A stretch of 63,800 nt of DNA, filler included, from Sphacelaria rigidula (Eukaryota): assembly GCA_964200075.2 (NCBI GenBank). It is 10 parts of 10 records of this genome, joined end to end, with 100 filler letters (N's around TTAATTAATTAA, not from the genome) between each part and the next. Parts side by side here need not be neighbours in the genome. Positions count along the whole stretch, not along the records: positions 57,511 to 63,800 come from CAXNAA020020986.1; 9 more parts are not named here. The stretch is one strand, 5' to 3'. The notes beneath the pieces are model-generated. The model made no database searches. It saw nothing but the letters and a program-made list of their open reading frames with translations, and had not been told where the DNA came from. A program made the position numbers and the translations under genes. Shown in pieces: positions 60,742-63,800 of the stretch. The first letter of the stretch is position 1, and every line of letters starts with the position of its first letter.

Positions 60742-61118
60742 TGTATTTTTCAAGCGTTCACGTCGTTTTACGCCCCAAAAGAGAGCTAGGCGGAATCTGA
60801 CACCTTGGAATGACTTGCTACACTAGTTGAGACGGTTTCGGGACATCTTCGCGTTTCCAGGTGCTCACAGTTTTCTTATTGGACAAACAGGAATTTCTGT
60901 CCAGGAACGGTAAAAAAATAGTCGTGTCCAGAAATAAATGCCACTTCTCTCTGGACTTGGCTGTTTTTCACCATTCTTGGCCCAAATGAAAACTGTGGCC
61001 ACTGAAACGCGAAGATGTCCTGGAACCGCGTCAACTAGTAGAGCAAGTCATGCCAAGGTGTCAAACTCCGCCTAGCTCTCTTTTGGGGCGTAAAACGACG
61101 TTAACGCTCAAAATATAC
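60742..61118. mobile_element. Foldback MITE with ~130-bp TIRs
   Basis: agcgttcacgtcgttttacgccccaaaagagagctaggcggaatctgacaccttggaatgacttgct.. is the reverse complement of ..agcaagtcatgccaaggtgtcaaactccgcctagctctcttttggggcgtaaaacgacgttaacgct. Confidence 0.88.
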
Positions 61119-63741
61119 ACTTTTCCAGGTTCTAATTTTGTCCATCATTATAAGAAGCGGCCTCATATGTTGCGAAATACGAGGGACAATAACCACCCGG
61201 AAAAAACGACCTTGGAGCATGGTTTTACAAAGTCGTGACCCAACATTATTTTCAAAATGAACGAATTCTTCAAAAACCGTGCTAGCATATTAAGTAAAAG
61301 CCTGGGTGCAATTGGTCAGGCGGGGGTATTTAGGATGAGTAATAATCTGTCCTACCTCTCACATCGTTCAAGTCGAAATAAGGCACCCGGACGTGGGCCC
61401 TGCCCATTTTTTTCTGACGATGGAATTGTAGACTAGACGGACGATTTGTGGATATGAAACGTATGTATACATAGTTGTGTATGGGAAGTCAATCTTTCAA
61501 GCAGGCCGGACGAAAGTCAAACTGGGATCGGGGAAAAAATAAGTGAGAATCCTCTCTCAGCAGGAGACTCGCGGTCAGCCGATGTTACAGCCCTCACCTC
61601 CAGAAATATCCGACACTCAGCTGTCGTGTGCTCTAAAACACAAACGGGACAATTAATCCCTGCGCTCTGAAGTAGAATCAAGTGAATAATCGAAGTAGGG
61701 ACGGGACAATTCCTGCCCACTAGAATCAAGTAAATAATGGAAGTACTGTAGACGCGACAAACACCGTTTTCAGCGTGTTACGCACGTGGGACTGCAGTGG
61801 TTTCACGAAACCACGCAAAGAATCCCACAGCATACGGCGACCGCAAGCCGACGAAACGCAGCACATCGCTTGAGATACATACGTGGTACATACCTCCAGC
61901 GTCAGCGAGAACGGTGTGCTCTGGAAACTTGTTCTTCGTCAGGCTCTTTTTTTCGCGTAGTGTGACACATTTGGGATCCATCCGCAGAAGTTCCGCGGGG
62001 CGGCGCCGCGGTCAGTGCCATGGTTGACCACACAAAGAAGTACGGTGTTGATCGCGGGCGAGCGAGCGTGGAGGACGTACAGACAGGCATGGGAAACGAG
62101 ACGGGAGAGGGATTTTCACCACGAGATTCTATAACGCAAGAGGTTACCACCCTGCAGTCTGAGCAACCACGACTAGTACTGCTTATGGATCTGATTGGTG
62201 CAACGCGAGGTTGTCTCAGGAACACGATGTACACCACTGTTCTCCGTGTTATCTCACCGTGGGAATAGCGTTCGCGATTCTAGCGCTGAGCAGGAGAGGG
62301 CCTAGCGCTGCTACGCAGTTGATCTTGCTAGGAGACATAGCGTTTTAGTTGGTGATGATGTAGCTCGCTTCGGCGGGTGCTGCCTAAGGATGAACCGTAG
62401 GTTGTTAGCGGTGGGGAGGATCGCGGTGTATGAGCGAGACTGAGAGAGAGTGGGGGGGCGGATCAATTAAGTACAGACTGGGCGTGGTCGGTGTTAATGT
62501 ATTTTTTCATTTTTTTCTCGGCGGGAGACGACGGTTTCAGGTATACCTGGAAGTTCGCCGACTTTTCCGCCACAAATATATACCTTCTGCCTTCTGCCTA
62601 GGTGGTAAACTCGACTTGTTGGATTTATATTTTTGTACCCGTTCCTGACGGATTGTGGTAAGTCTGGCCGCGAGTTCGAGAAAGCTTGAAACACGCATAT
62701 ATCGTCACTGTTGTTGTGGTGAAACTTCACTGTGTTGTGGACGGATCTTGAACTCAAGTTTCCCGGTATATTTTAGAGTAAGTTTCAGTAATTTACTGTG
62801 TAATATACCGAGAGCCGCGAGTTTGAGGAATCTCTCATCCTCTAAGTAGATCTCGAAGTCAACCCATCAACCATTAACCGCCACAGTGGGTCATCGGGTG
62901 ACCTGGTCAACACCTCACCGAGGAGAAGCAGAGGGTACGGAAAATCACCACCATGAAAAAAGGGCAGGGCACGGAGAATCTGTCCGCTCATAGTCTGTGT
63001 GCGTGAACACGTGGTTGATCAACAAGAGTAGCTGCAGGGACGCATATACATGCAAAGGTGTGAGACATAATTCAATACGACAGAACACGAAACTTGGAAC
63101 CCCGCTGACCCAGCGAACAACATACATGAAGCTCCAGCCACAGCTGCTATAACCAGCTGAGCACGTTATGTGCCTTGCGATGGTCGAATCGGTTGAGAAT
63201 CCAATGGGAAATACAGTTGTATCATCATATTGTTACACTGTAGTCTGTGTCAACGGCCACCCTGCATCGATCCAATACTGATTGGATATTCCGTCGAAGA
63301 GAGTGCTATAAATCAAGGTCCAGAGGCGAAACTCACGGGCGTGAGCGGTGGGCGTATGCAGATATTTCTCCATATAATAGAGCTGAGGGCAGGAAGGGAT
63401 CACGGTCTCCAAAGGTTTGGTATAATGTGATGAATGATGCTACGGTAGGGGTACACAAATATTTTCTGGAGTGAGGGGTATTAATAAACCCTTACCACCT
63501 CATCCAAAACACGACTTACGTACGAAAATATGCGAGAGTGCGCCAGAATTACTATTTCAATGTGCTGGGGATATCCCGAATAAATCTGCAGACGGGGATG
63601 CCCTGACCCATATTCTTGTGCGTCGAGGAACCTGCACTAGACAATATTTCGCGAAAAAAATGCACCCCTACCGTAGTAGCATTGCTGCTCTGATCCTTTT
63701 GGTGATATCCATATAAACCGAAGGAAAACAGGGGAAAGAGT

Positions 63742-63800
63742 GTTTTCGTGAGATTGAGAGTAGATGATACGATTGAGAGTGGCTTTGGTCATTCGCTTTA
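63742..63800. mobile_element. MITE family A copy, truncated by window end
   Basis: gttttcgtgagattgagagtagatgatacgattgagagtggctttggtcattcgctt. Confidence 0.8.

Overview
This window is eukaryotic nuclear DNA, most consistent with a photosynthetic stramenopile and probably a brown alga. That assignment is inferred from long GT-AG introns, a plastid fibrillin with a G|F transit-type motif, and abundant tRNA-derived SINEs and MITEs. It is not contiguous genome: ten unrelated contigs of exactly 6290 bp are joined by nine artificial 100-bp linkers (N44-TTAATTAATTAA-N44). Recognisable content is a partial PAP/fibrillin gene (minus, contig 2), the 5' part of a SAC3/GANP gene with a long FG-repeat N-terminus (plus, contig 7), and a decayed, RT-deleted chromodomain Ty3/Gypsy element (minus, contig 8). 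There are also several spliced genes of unknown function, two tRNA-derived SINE families and several MITE or foldback families. The most unusual signal is in contig 1: a decayed, intron-containing gene whose spliced product follows the motif order of prokaryotic/phage beta-class N4C/N6A DNA methyltransferases, with a degenerate catalytic motif. It can be spliced in frame to an upstream piggyBac-type Cys/His-rich domain. All family assignments are by eye; no database search was run.
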